NCBI GenBank assembly: GCA_964057225.1
Contig: OZ059896.1
Span: 8,060,001 to 8,124,000 of the forward strand
Direction: 5' to 3'
From: Auanema rhodensis
Lineage: Eukaryota; Animalia; Nematoda
Length of the DNA: 64,000 nucleotides
Every line of letters begins with the position of its first letter. Within the stretch, counting starts at the first letter, position 1. Positions 27,158 to 40,029 of the stretch are shown in pieces. The notes under the pieces are model-generated. The model saw only the letters and a program-made list of their open reading frames with translations, did not search any database and was not told where the DNA came from. Both the position numbers and the translations under genes were made by a program.

Positions 27158-28948
27158 ATGAGTTCTGATGATGAACTTCAAATGTATCAGGCGCAGGTTA
27201 ACTCGTGTGTTGAATAAATAACTTAGAAGGGTTGCTTTAGATATCTGCGATAGATGAACAGTTAAAAACTTGCAACCCTGGTAGCCAGAAAGATGAACTA
27301 GAAGAAACCAAGCGGGACCTTTTAGAACTCGTTTCTTTATTACAAGAAGAGTCTGTAGAGCAAATAGGCGAGGGGACGTCTGCTGAGAGCTCATCTACGA
27401 ATGATGATTCGGATATTGACTACGGTATAACTACTGATTTGGTATACTAAGCTGATGAAAACTTGGGGTTTAGATGAATACATCGGTCTTAGAGTTTCGG
27501 CAGCCCCTCATCGATTTCGTTTACCAATATCGCATCATTCAGCAATTGTTCTTGAAGTTTTACCAGCTACTAATATTGATGGATTAATGGTTTTACTGCT
27601 GCAGCATTAACATCTAATCAGGCATATTCAGGCGAAAGTATTATTCAGTGCTCCATTATTATCGGCCATGAAGCCATGTCCTCATTTTCTATCTGGAACC
27701 TGTAAATTTAATGAAAAATGCCGATTTAGCCACGGAGAAAAAGTTTATATGAAAGATTTTGAAGAATATAAAGAACCTGACTACAGGTATTGTAGTTATT
27801 TTCATTTCTTCATTTATAAAAAAATAAAAATTCTTAACAGCCACATATGTATAAAGAAGTAAAAATATTTTCTCTTAATAATCATTTTAGCCAACTGCAA
27901 GATGGTAGTTTAGTATTAGTATCAGTGGACAGTGGATTATGGGATGTTGGTCGCGTAAAGTGTCATGATCATAAGGAATATGCGATTAAACTATTAAAAT
28001 CTGGTAAAGAAATGGCTGCAACAATTGATAAAATTATTCCTTTGGACTCTGATGTAGAAGGTTACAATTTGTCGAGATTTTTTTGCAATCAACTATATTA
28101 GTGCAAGAAGACGAAGAAAAGATTGTAATTCCTAATGATTCGTGGTCAGAACTAAAAAAGGAGACATGTGGTACGGTTAAAGTTGGTGAATTAGGCAACT
28201 GGACAGGTGGTGGATTAGGACTAAAACTTATGCAAAAGATGGGTTATAAACTCGGGGAGGTACATTTTTCAATTCTCTTTATACATTATGTCTTCTCTCA
28301 GGGCTTAGGAAAAAATAGCGATGGCATTGTTCATGCTGTTCAAGCAGTTGTTTATAAAAAAAGTTCTTGTTCGCTTATTAAAATAACCTTAGTGCTATTA
28401 TTTTCAGATAAAGGTCTAGATTCAAAAGATGAATTAGCTAATGTCGAAAGTACTAAAAAACCCAAAAAACGGTTAGCGAGAGCTATGGAACAGAAAAATA
28501 TAGGCTTTGATTGTGATATCTTCCACTTCTTAAATAGAAAATTGGAAACTCGGCAACCAGAAGATGCTGCTCAAATATTAAAACGCGAGAAAAAAGACAT
28601 GGATAAGTGTTCAGAGAGGTGTGAATGATTAAAAACTTCTTTTTTTTTTGTGAACATTTTCATTTTGAAGAGATCTAGGAATTCGTGGTCTTGACTTAGA
28701 GTCAGAGATAAAAGAATTAAGAACGAAGGAAAAAAAACTACGAGAAGTAAGCTAGTCAAACACTATTTTTTTCAATTTATTACCAATATCAGGGTATACG
28801 TCGCAATCAAAATGATAATCGAACAGTTTCCAAGTTGGAATCTAATATCCAACTTGTCCAGAAACAAATATCTGCATTGCAAGGCCGACATTCACGTCTT
28901 CACAGAGAACTCAAAGATAGAAAAGAACGTAAACGAGATATTTTTTAG
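27158..28948 (+). CDS. ZGPAT: ZGPAT-like: CCCH zinc finger, Tudor-like region and G-patch protein
   Basis: KPCPHFLSGTCKFNEKCRFSHG; G-patch GLGLKLMQKMGYKLGEGLGKNSDGIVHAV; DIFHFLNRKL; C-terminal coiled coil ending DIF. Confidence 0.9.
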
Positions 28949-29320
28949 GCATAGAACTGTAACACAGCACTTCACGTATTTTATTAATTTGCAAATATTA
29001 TTTATTTAATTGTGATTTTATAAATAAAAAATTTCCTTAATTCATTGAACTACTTGTTTCAATTATTAAAATACTTTGCTTTTGCTGGAGTGAGCAGTAT
29101 AGCGTAGTCTGACGCTTATCAAATCTGGGACCGCCAGGAAAGTGCAAAGTACACAGGCCGTTTGGACCGATGGAACTTTAATTTGTGCTGTGTTCTTTTC
29201 TACATAAACTTCTTGTTGATTACCAATTTGTTATATTAGTCGTATTTTGTATTAATTATTTTCATTAAATCGACTTTTATTTTCTTTCAGTTTTTTTATG
29301 CTTAAGATTTTTTCAGCATT

Positions 29321-30539
29321 ATGTCTGATGTATTTTTGAATTTTTTGGCTGGTGGGGTCGGAGGATCATGTACAGTTCTTGTTGGTCATCCTTTCGATAC
29401 TGTCAAGGTTTACCTTTAAGCAAAAGCTTAAGCTCTGAAATATAATATGTTAAACAGGTTCGCCTTCAAACAATGCCTCTGCCCAAACCTGGGGAAAAAC
29501 CTCTTTTTACGGGTGCCTTGGACTGTGCTAAGCAAACTATCGCTAAAGAAGGAGTTAGCGCTTTATACAAGGTTTTCTTTTCTATTTTCAGTCACAATTT
29601 TATATTTTTTCAGGGAATGGCAGCTCCACTTTTAGGTGTTGCACCTTTGTTTGCTGTTTTCTTTGGAGGTTGTGCTGTTGGCAAATGGTTGCAGCAGACT
29701 CATCCAGGTTAAATTTATACCATGGACTATTTTATTATTTTGATTTTTTCAGATCAGGAAATGACTTTCATCCAAAATGCTAGAAGTGGTGCTTTGGCTG
29801 GTGTGTTTACTACTGCCGTAATGGTACCTGGCGAGCGTGTAAAGTGTTTACTGCAGGTTCATAATGCTATCCCGGATTCGTAACACAACTTGTAAATAGG
29901 TTCAATCCGCTGGACATGCTCCCTCAGGAGTCCACTACGATGGTCCAATGGATGTTATTAAGAAATTATACAAGCAAGGTGGAATTGCTTCCATCTATCG
30001 TGGTACTGCAGCAACTTTGCTCAGAGGTAGCGTGAAAATGAAAACTATAGCTAATAATACACTCTTCAGATATTCCTGCTTCCGCAGCTTACTTATCCGT
30101 GTACGAATTCCTGAAAAAGAAATTCAGTGGAGAGGGAAAAGAACGTACTCTTTCGCCAGGAGCTACCTTACTAGCTGGTGGTTTAGCTGGTATCGCTAAC
30201 TGGTAACCCTCTCTTACTGTTCGCCTACTTTAATTGAAATTTAGGAGTGTTTGTATTCCAGCAGATGTATTAAAATCTCGTCTTCAAACTGCCCCTGAAG
30301 GAAAGTATCCAGATGGAATGAGAGGAGTTTTGCGAGAGGTGCTTCGTGAGGAAGGACCCAAAGCTCTGTTCAAGGTATTCTTTCGAGTCTTGTCGTTAAA
30401 ACAATGTTGTTTTCAGGGTTTTACCCCCGTAATGCTCAGAGCTTTCCCTGCTAATGCTGCTTGCTTCTTCGGATTAGAACTGACCTTATCACTTTTCCGT
30501 TTCTTAGGATTAGGCGGATCAACCAAGAAAAACGAATGA
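29321..30539 (+). CDS. dif-1: Mitochondrial carnitine/acylcarnitine carrier (SLC25A20 family)
   Basis: [43 protein letters not shown] and [10 protein letters not shown]. Confidence 0.95.
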
Positions 30540-30661
30540 AATTGTCATACATGTACTGTGATTTTATAAGATAATTTATTACATGAGATCTTAAATCTTA
30601 AGTGCTGACAGTTAATATTATTGAATATGCAACTCGTATATGAATGTGATTGGGCTATAAA

Positions 30662-33635
30662 TCATGGAAATTTCTCTTCTAGAGAACACTCTTCAATAAA
30701 TACTACTGTTGGACCATGGGGATTCCTTTTAGGTACTACACGTCCATAACCCGCTCTAATTTTATATCTGTGAGCGATGCTCTGAAAAAAGCAATTACTA
30801 ATTTGAACAAAAAAAAAACGAACTGAAGCTAAAAGAATCAGATCGGAAGCATATTGTTCATATTCTTCTTCGTTGTCAATATGGAAAGCATGAGTGACTT
30901 TATCAGTATCTAAGCATGGTGACTGTTCATACTTCATCTAAATCTGTGTTCAATATATCTTTAAAAAAAAGTAACATACTACTTGCTCTCTTGAGATTCC
31001 AACTAAAAAAGACGAATTAATAGGAAAAAGCATTCGAAGCCCAATGTGGAATCTTGTAGATTTTTTATTTTTTTCTAAATTTAAATTATTACCATAAAAA
31101 AACAATCAATTCTTACTAAGACAATTCGGACAGAAAGCATTTTGCCTTCTTTTCAGTCGTACTTCATTAAAGCACACATTGCAGTTGCCAGTGAATATCA
31201 CACAATTAGAAAGAAACATTCGATCCAGAAATAAAACCGAATTAACTTCCATAAAACTGAAAAAAAAAGAATACATATAAAAGAATAAGATTCTTACTTT
31301 TCCATCATGCAAGAGGAATCTCCCTCCAGGCCTTGAATAATTTGGATTTCTTCGTTCAAGGAAAAATGTGGAGGATTGATCCTTTCGGAAAAAACTTCTT
31401 TCATCATTTCTTTAACGTTTTTATAGAAACTATACACTTCACACTAAATATAAAAATGTGTAAAAATATTAACAGATTTAATTAGAACGATAAGAAAACA
31501 TAAACATACATACCGCTTCATAGAAAGTAGGTGTATATTTTTTTTTTAAAGAACCTGAAATGCAGTTAATTTTGAAAAATATATAAAATAAGGCAATTTT
31601 CCTACTCTCACTACTGCTATCAACTAAGGATATGTGATTTTGAGCGTCATTATTGAAAATGTCAGTATCCAAAGTTTGCGCATTAGGGCTTGTTGCATTG
31701 TGGCTATCCAAATTTTCTTCCCGATCCTGGCTAGAAGAAACTTCGTGAACCATTGTTCTTTCTATGCTTTTGATAGATCTTTTTTTCAATATGGAACATG
31801 GAGTAGTAGTCACATGCAGCCTTAATTCATCAGAGCTGGCCTCCGGCTGACTATTGTTTAAGCTAGTGAGATTTGGAAGTTCGTGATGATCAGAAGCATT
31901 CGATGTTGAGCATTCCGATGTTGTTTTCTTAGGTAACTGATGCATAGGTATAGGTGGAGCCTCATTTTCAATAGGTATCCGAAATTGGACCGATTTGCGT
32001 GGAGCAACAGATGGTGTACCAGACGATAAAATACGATTTTTTTTGTCATTGCTATCATCATGGTTTTTACCCTCATCGGCCTGAAAAAAAAAATATGACA
32101 AGTATCTAGAGTAAAAATTACTTTTCTTTTTCTGCATTCTGGGGTGAACGTTGTACGTAAAACTTGTGCATTATCAGACTGAATGAGTTTTTTTAAAAGC
32201 ACCTATGTTCAAAATATTATCTTACATTTTGAGTAGAAACTTCAGACGAATTACAGGTGTACTGAGTAGATTGACTTTGACTCATCGTGAACAACTCGTC
32301 TACGACGGAACGGCATCGGCTGGAACATAACTATAGTAGAGATTAAATAATTAAATTTAAAGTACTTGGTTAATGTAGTAACTAAAGAACATTCAACATT
32401 GACAGTAGCCACTGTTCGACGAAATATTTCGCCATCATGTAAACATATCATTTTATCACCATGTTGTTTCGCATAAACATGAGCATTGGTGAAAACGGCA
32501 AAATCTCCGAGCTTAATTAGTTTTTATGATAGCAATACTTTAAAAACTGTAGTACTGTCAATTCATTGGCCGATTTAGCATGCTCTCCATAGCAAGCAAC
32601 ATCAAGTAAATATTCATTAGTTCGTTCAGTCACTCCACCTGGCAAGCGTTTCACAGCAATGTGATCACCACCATGATACTTTAAAAGTTTAGAAGATACT
32701 CTGAAAAAAATGAAAAAATGAAAAAAAGAAGAATATAAACTTACGGTGAGATCGTACCATCAAAAACACGTACAAAAGTAGTTTGAGATGTACGATATAT
32801 TTCAGCGACCTAGTAAGCGTAATGTGAATTTTTAAAAATAGTACTAAATCATACAACTGCTATAAAGTTAAAATATTGTTTTCCTTGAAGGTAAGTTTCA
32901 TCTATATTTTCCAAGCAGGTAAGTGTTTTGGTTTGGTTAGCATTAACTGAGGCGAGTGCTTCCCTAATTTCCATCGAACAACTAAAAAGAAAATAAAGAC
33001 TAGGATTACAAAATAATACTTACTTTTCATCTAGTTCAAAAGGAATACAAGCAACTTGAGAAATAATTTTTCGAGTAATTGAAGTTTTTAAACAAGCTTG
33101 GAGCTCATCATTACTTTTAGGTTGACGAAACTTGATTTTTTTCAACTGTTCGACCTAAATATGATATGTACTAAACAGTAAAATGAAACATATGCCCTCA
33201 CCCGTCTCTTATCTTCATGGTTCAATGTGAAAGTCACACTGTCTTTATATTTCGGAACCTCCAAAGATTCGGAATTTGGATCCCATACAACAATCGAATT
33301 CCCAAACCTCCCTAGTGCGTATTCTAGATAATTTGTCGGTATCGCCTAGAGATAAATTTAAATTTTTGAATAAACTGTCAGAGTATACCTTAACTCTATG
33401 CAATCTGACTATGTCGCCGATCTTTAAGTCTTTAATTAGATTTTGAATACGTCCTATAAGAAGTGCTTCCCCGACCTCATCCTTAATATTGAATTCTTGA
33501 ACGTTTAATAATATTGATAAAAACCCTGATTTTCACTCTATCATTCGTTGGATCAATATCTACAGCAATTCCATAAGCATTAACTGTTCCTTGGTATGGA
33601 ATCTGATCTAACTGTACGTACTGGTACCCTGCCAT
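30662..33635 (-). CDS. POT1: POT1-family single-stranded telomere-binding protein (OB1, OB2, low-complexity linker, Cys4-containing C-terminal domain)
   Basis: YQYVQLDQI...VNAYGIA...VKIRDE...GDIVRLHRVK matches POT1 OB1 (YIYTPLNQL..VNVYGVV..GDIVRFHRLK). YFNFIA..VRVFDGT..LDVACYGEHA..GDFAVFTNAH..CLHDG matches OB2. The exons can be joined in one frame to TGA 30662-30664. Confidence 0.85.
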
Positions 33636-33794
33636 AAAGCACTAGAAATGATATAATCTAAAAAAAATTCAAACTAAAGTAAATAATACAAAAAGTAAAT
33701 GCTGTGAAACAAAATCAATATATTAAGTAAACAATATGATAGTGATATGCCAAATAATTTATGAAATGAATGAGCTAAAAATAATAAATTTGAG

Positions 33795-35143
33795 CTATGT
33801 TGTGTAAAATTCTCGAAATAATTTTCTGCGTAATCTACAATAGCGCCGATGGAAAACAGAGAGAATACTTGTAAGAACAATACTTACAACATAGAGAGCC
33901 AAATGATAAAATCGACAAGGTAACCAAAAAACATCAAAATATAGCTCGATAGACCCATTTATGCTCTTACGAAGTTCGATATGTGAAACTCCCGTTTCAA
34001 AAGTACCCATTCTACAAATCACCATATTATTCAAAGCAAAAAAACCATTCTAATATATACCTGTATGAACAGGTTGGAACCTGAATTTCCAACATTCCTG
34101 TATGATTAAGTAGTTTAGTGTAATAGAAACTTTGTAGATAATTTAATCGGGTACTAATTACTCCAGTAGAAGTCAAATTATGCACAATAGCCTACATTAC
34201 TAATATTAAAAAATTTCTATTTTTCAAAACTAACTGAATGATCATGAGCGCTAAGAATAATAGAAGGGTTCATCGCTCTTACCTAAAAATAAGTTTTTTA
34301 CTTTATACAATATTTAAAATTGTTACTTACATTTGGATGGTTATAGAACTGAATAATTGGCACATGGGACAGTAGAATATGAATCGTACAATTATTTTTA
34401 TTTAAGAAATGAGCTGAGTGATCAAAATCGAACATATTAATCTGAAAGAAGACATTGAAAAACAATTTAATGGGGAGAAAATAACTTCACTGAAGCAATA
34501 TCCTAATGAGAAATTTGTGAACTTATTCATAAAAGTTCTACTAAACCTATTTTTGAGATGTGGCAAAACTGGTTCACCTTCTCCTCCTATATCATTATCG
34601 CCAGGAATATATATAACCTTGAAAGAAGTGCATATTGCAGCTCGAAGATATTAAACTAACCGTTTTCTCTTTTAGAGATTGTTCTGTGAAAATATTATAA
34701 AACCTATATAATGTTTTGTCATACTCGTCTTCCGTGGATGAAACCCCTTCGTCAAACAGATCACCAAGGAATATCACATGGTTAGGACTAGCATGGTTTG
34801 AAGCCCATTCAAATCCCTTTGAAACAAACCTAGAAAGCAAAAAAAAACAATACTTAAAGCTATATATCATTATACCTATCTGAATCCCAAAGAGTGAATA
34901 AACCGACGCCAAAAGGTTCGTTTTGATAACCAAGAAGTTGCGGATCAGCAATCAGTAAAATCTTAGTACTGTCTTCATATCGCGGTTTTGGCCACCGCAA
35001 TGAATAATAAAAATATGAAAAAAATTCATTCCAAAGGAGAGCAAAACAGATTGGACCTTGAAAAAAATAGAAATCAGTATTAATATTTCATATCTTGAAG
35101 ACTTACTAATTATTAGCAAAAATTCAACAGAATAGGGTCGCAT
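33795..35143 (-). CDS. Metallophosphoesterase, MPPE1/PGAP5/Cdc1 family
   Basis: ILLIADPQLLG, IFLGDLFDEG, YIPGDNDIGGE, LLSHVP, ILSAHDH and TCSYRMG; N- and C-terminal transmembrane segments. Confidence 0.88.
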
Positions 35144-36367
<1,224 letters not shown>

Positions 36368-37059
36368 ATCCCTGCTTTCAGTCTGCCGCTGGTTTTTGTT
36401 TAATGCTTTTAATTTTTTTTGGCAGATTGCCTTTTGTTTTCACCTCCGTTGTCTTTGCAACTGTTCATTTTCCATTTTTTCATATCAGTCGGCATCTTCT
36501 CCTGTGAATCCCTCTTTTCTTCATTTTACCTTATGCTATAGAAACGTGGTCCGCGTTTTCGAAATATGGTTTGCTTATGCAAACGGACCATTTGAAATAG
36601 TCAATAATAGTCGGTAGTCTCTTTATCATTTACTTTAATAAAAACGGGTCTGAGCCTAATCTTCTAGATTTGTTTTATTGCTGGAAGGCAAATTTGATAG
36701 CGTAAGAGTTAAGATCAGACCCGCAACTTTGTAATTTAAGATCCGCTTCGCTAGATATCGATTCTGTAAGGTATGTACTTAATGCTCCGCTCAGTAATAT
36801 ATTGGCGGCTAATTTTTAATTTCTATTCATGTAGTTACATAATTTCATTTTTATTACATTGTTGTTTTGTACAATAAGTTGCACATTCTCATTTTTTTTA
36901 ATTTGCAACATTTTTATTCGCTGACGTAAATATTATGCGTTTGCTAGAGTCTTTTCAAATATTTTGGTATACGCCTTGGCTCATTTAAATGTAATATATT
37001 TTATTCACCGAAAGGTTATCTGTTTAAATCATTAGCAATTTTATGTATTGTTTAGTATT

Positions 37060-39652
37060 ATGACTCGTAAAAGGAAGAATGTAGAACAGGAAGAAAATCC
37101 ACCTTCTGTTGAAAAGAAAACTTTTCCTCCGAAGAATCGAGGTAGATTTTCTCAAAAGGATTTTAATGAAGATGACTTTGCTCAGGTATGAAAGAGTGGT
37201 AGGAAGGTTTGAAAAAATTCCATTATAGAAATATGGTTATGTTGGTGGGAATGATGCCCCTAGCGAAAATCGTGGAAAAAGTTCAAGTAAATATTCTCAT
37301 GAAAATAGTTACAATAATCATTCCGAATCTCTTGAATGGGCTAGCAAAGAGCCTGAGGTGAAAGAATCACCGTTTCCTACCGAAATTGTTTCTTATCTTA
37401 GAAGCATGTCTGGTCATCTTGAAATTGAAAATGACATAGGTATCGAAAAAATATCAGCAATAGCTGTATTAATCACTTATAGATAATGATTTTTTGGATA
37501 AATGTGTGGAGGAATGTGCAGGTCATGAAGTCACTCTTCTGTCTTTCCGTGATGCCTGTGTAGTTGTTGAAAAAGTTTTCGGATCCCGACCATACGGAGC
37601 TGAGCTGTTTTTAAAAGCAGTTTCCCGTTTGAAACATAAAGTTGTGGTTGACTTGATGTTCGGTGGGTGTAGTGCTCGAACAATTGAAACTTTGTTATAT
37701 GCATGTGCTCCTGTGGAGTCTGAAGAACTTGTTGAAGTAAGATTTTTTCATATTATTCAAAGTATGGTTGTGTTAATACAGATTTTATCCAAATTTGTTG
37801 ATCTTCTGTGTGATAATTGGAATGATGCTATTTGCACTCAACCTTCTAGTTATATATTGAGATGTATAGGAAGAATAACTTGCGGCCTTAAAATGGAGAA
37901 GAAGGTGAAATTTTAACAAATTTTTAAATATTTGTATGATAATTTAGGCACATACTAACAACACTTTCGCTAAGGAGGTTCCTAAATTCTCAAGTCAAGC
38001 AATAAAAGAATCTCTGCAAAGATTGTTTTCTCAATTAATGGATAGAGCGGCTGATGTTAAAGCTACTGGAAGTAAGCGATTCATCTTAGGAAAGTTTTGT
38101 AATACGTAACGACTTTCAGCGCTGTTCGATAACTTGTTCTGCTCACTTGTTTTGCAAAGTTTTCTAACAGCTGATGCAGCTGTGGATGGTAAAAGAGCTG
38201 ATAGGTTTGTCGAAAACGTGATTAATAATCTGAAAGGTTGTCAAGTTAATTGTGATAACATGACAGGTGCTCATTTAGAACCCGAGGTTGTCAAATTACT
38301 GCAAGGAAAGGAAAGTTCCCGAATTTGGGAGTGTGTGTTCGTGGCATGTGAAGACGATACCCTCAAGAAGTTTTGGGATCATATAGTATCCAAGAACGTA
38401 TGCGCGAATGCTATAATTAGAACATTTGTTTGATTATTTAGTTCAAAGATCTGGTATATCATCCTAAGGCGAACTTCCCTTTACAGCGGCTGATAAGTTC
38501 TGTAAAATCGCAAGACTTGGTACTGTAATTATAATTTTCTACAAGCAATATATATCTTATTTCAGGCTACTGTTGTTTCTAGCACGGTAATACCTTTAAT
38601 TTCGACGTTACTGGCAGAAAATCGCGGTGGAATAGTGAACAGTTTGATTAAATGTTGTATTAAGTATCCCGAATTGCAAGAAGGCATATTAAAAGAGCTT
38701 AGAAAACATTTCAACGCCGATAAGGTATTTTTTATATATGAGTATATTTAAGTAATATTGATACCAATTTTCAGTCTGATACTAAACATAATTTCTTATT
38801 TAATATCCTTACATCGAACAAATATGATGGAACAAACGTAAATCTGAACAATTGCCAAATATCAGTATTTGTTTAATTTTTAATTTGTTCTTAATATTTT
38901 TCTCATTTCAGGGAAGTTTGCTACTACAAGATTTATTTTCGTTCACTAAGGTTAAAACTTTATCAGCTTGTATTGAAGCGATCCCTCCCCAGACTCTTTT
39001 TGATATGGTAAGATGTATTTACTATTATGTTCTTGATTTCAAGAGTAATTTTCTCTCTGTTAAATGAAGAAAAACAACCGATTTTGAGCGTTGCAGTTAA
39101 GTAAATAGATATTCCACGTAAAATTCCACACTATTCAAAAACCAAACATTCTTAGATATTAAAGAGAAATTTTTGTTTTATTTTGGTTAGACATATTTAT
39201 TTATCTGGAAAATTGTTTCAGAGTATGCACAAAATGGCAAGCCATGTTATTCAAGCAGTTTTAAAAAGCTCAACTGTTGCTAACGAAGTAAAAGAAAAAA
39301 TTTTAAATTGCTATGAAGTTAGGTTAATTAAAAATTTTTTTTTCTGATTAAAGTTGTTTAGAACAAATGGACTGAATTGATCACAAACAGTTCTGGCAGT
39401 CATGTCTTTGAAGCTGTCTGGGATTGCCCTCTCTTGAAAGTGGCGAAAAAGCAAGACTTGATGAAGTCATTTGTTGCTGTTAGGGTTTGTCACAAAGCGG
39501 AAGTTGACTCATCATTAATGGATATTCTTCAGATAGATCACAGAAATTGGAAGTTTACAATGCTCAGATGTGATATGAACTTATTCCGCAAAGATAGAAA
39601 AGCATGGGTAACCAAGCAAAAAAATTGGAATGGAAATGTTAAACATTGTTAA
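37060..39652 (+). CDS. NOP9: Nucleolar protein 9-like (Pumilio-repeat 18S processing factor)
   Basis: SYLR near the N-terminus, SSYILR, SSRIWE, HPKANFPLQRLI, GSLLLQDL, ASHVIQAVL and GSHVFEAVW repeats are typical of NOP9. Confidence 0.8.
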
Positions 39653-40029
39653 TTACTACTTGTTGGCTTTGTTATTGTTATGTTATTTCTCTTAAGAGAA
39701 TATGTTGTTATAAATGATGTGTTAAAAAAATTCAATTCATAAGCAGTGAAACTATATTATATATGTTTCATATCTTGTTACATAAAAGCCGTACAGTAGG
39801 CTTTAGGAAAAAAAGAAAAAAGAGATGATCACCTAGCTTTTTTCTTTTAATATTGTTACATGGATTGAATTTTAATCATTTTTATAAAAAATGCCCCATG
39901 TTTACCCATAACAATTCACATAATTGTACCACAATTTTATTCCCGCCTCTTTCATTCTAAGCTGCTGATGTTTGCCTATACCACGAGAAGAGAAAGTGAC
40001 GAGAGAAGGTGGGCCTTTATTTCGCTGCC

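Noticed and set aside
39040-39175. Box C/D snoRNA candidate in the long NOP9 intron (ATGAAGA plus terminal TTTCTCT/AGAGAAA stem)
   Set aside because: No CTGA box D and no recognisable rRNA guide sequence.
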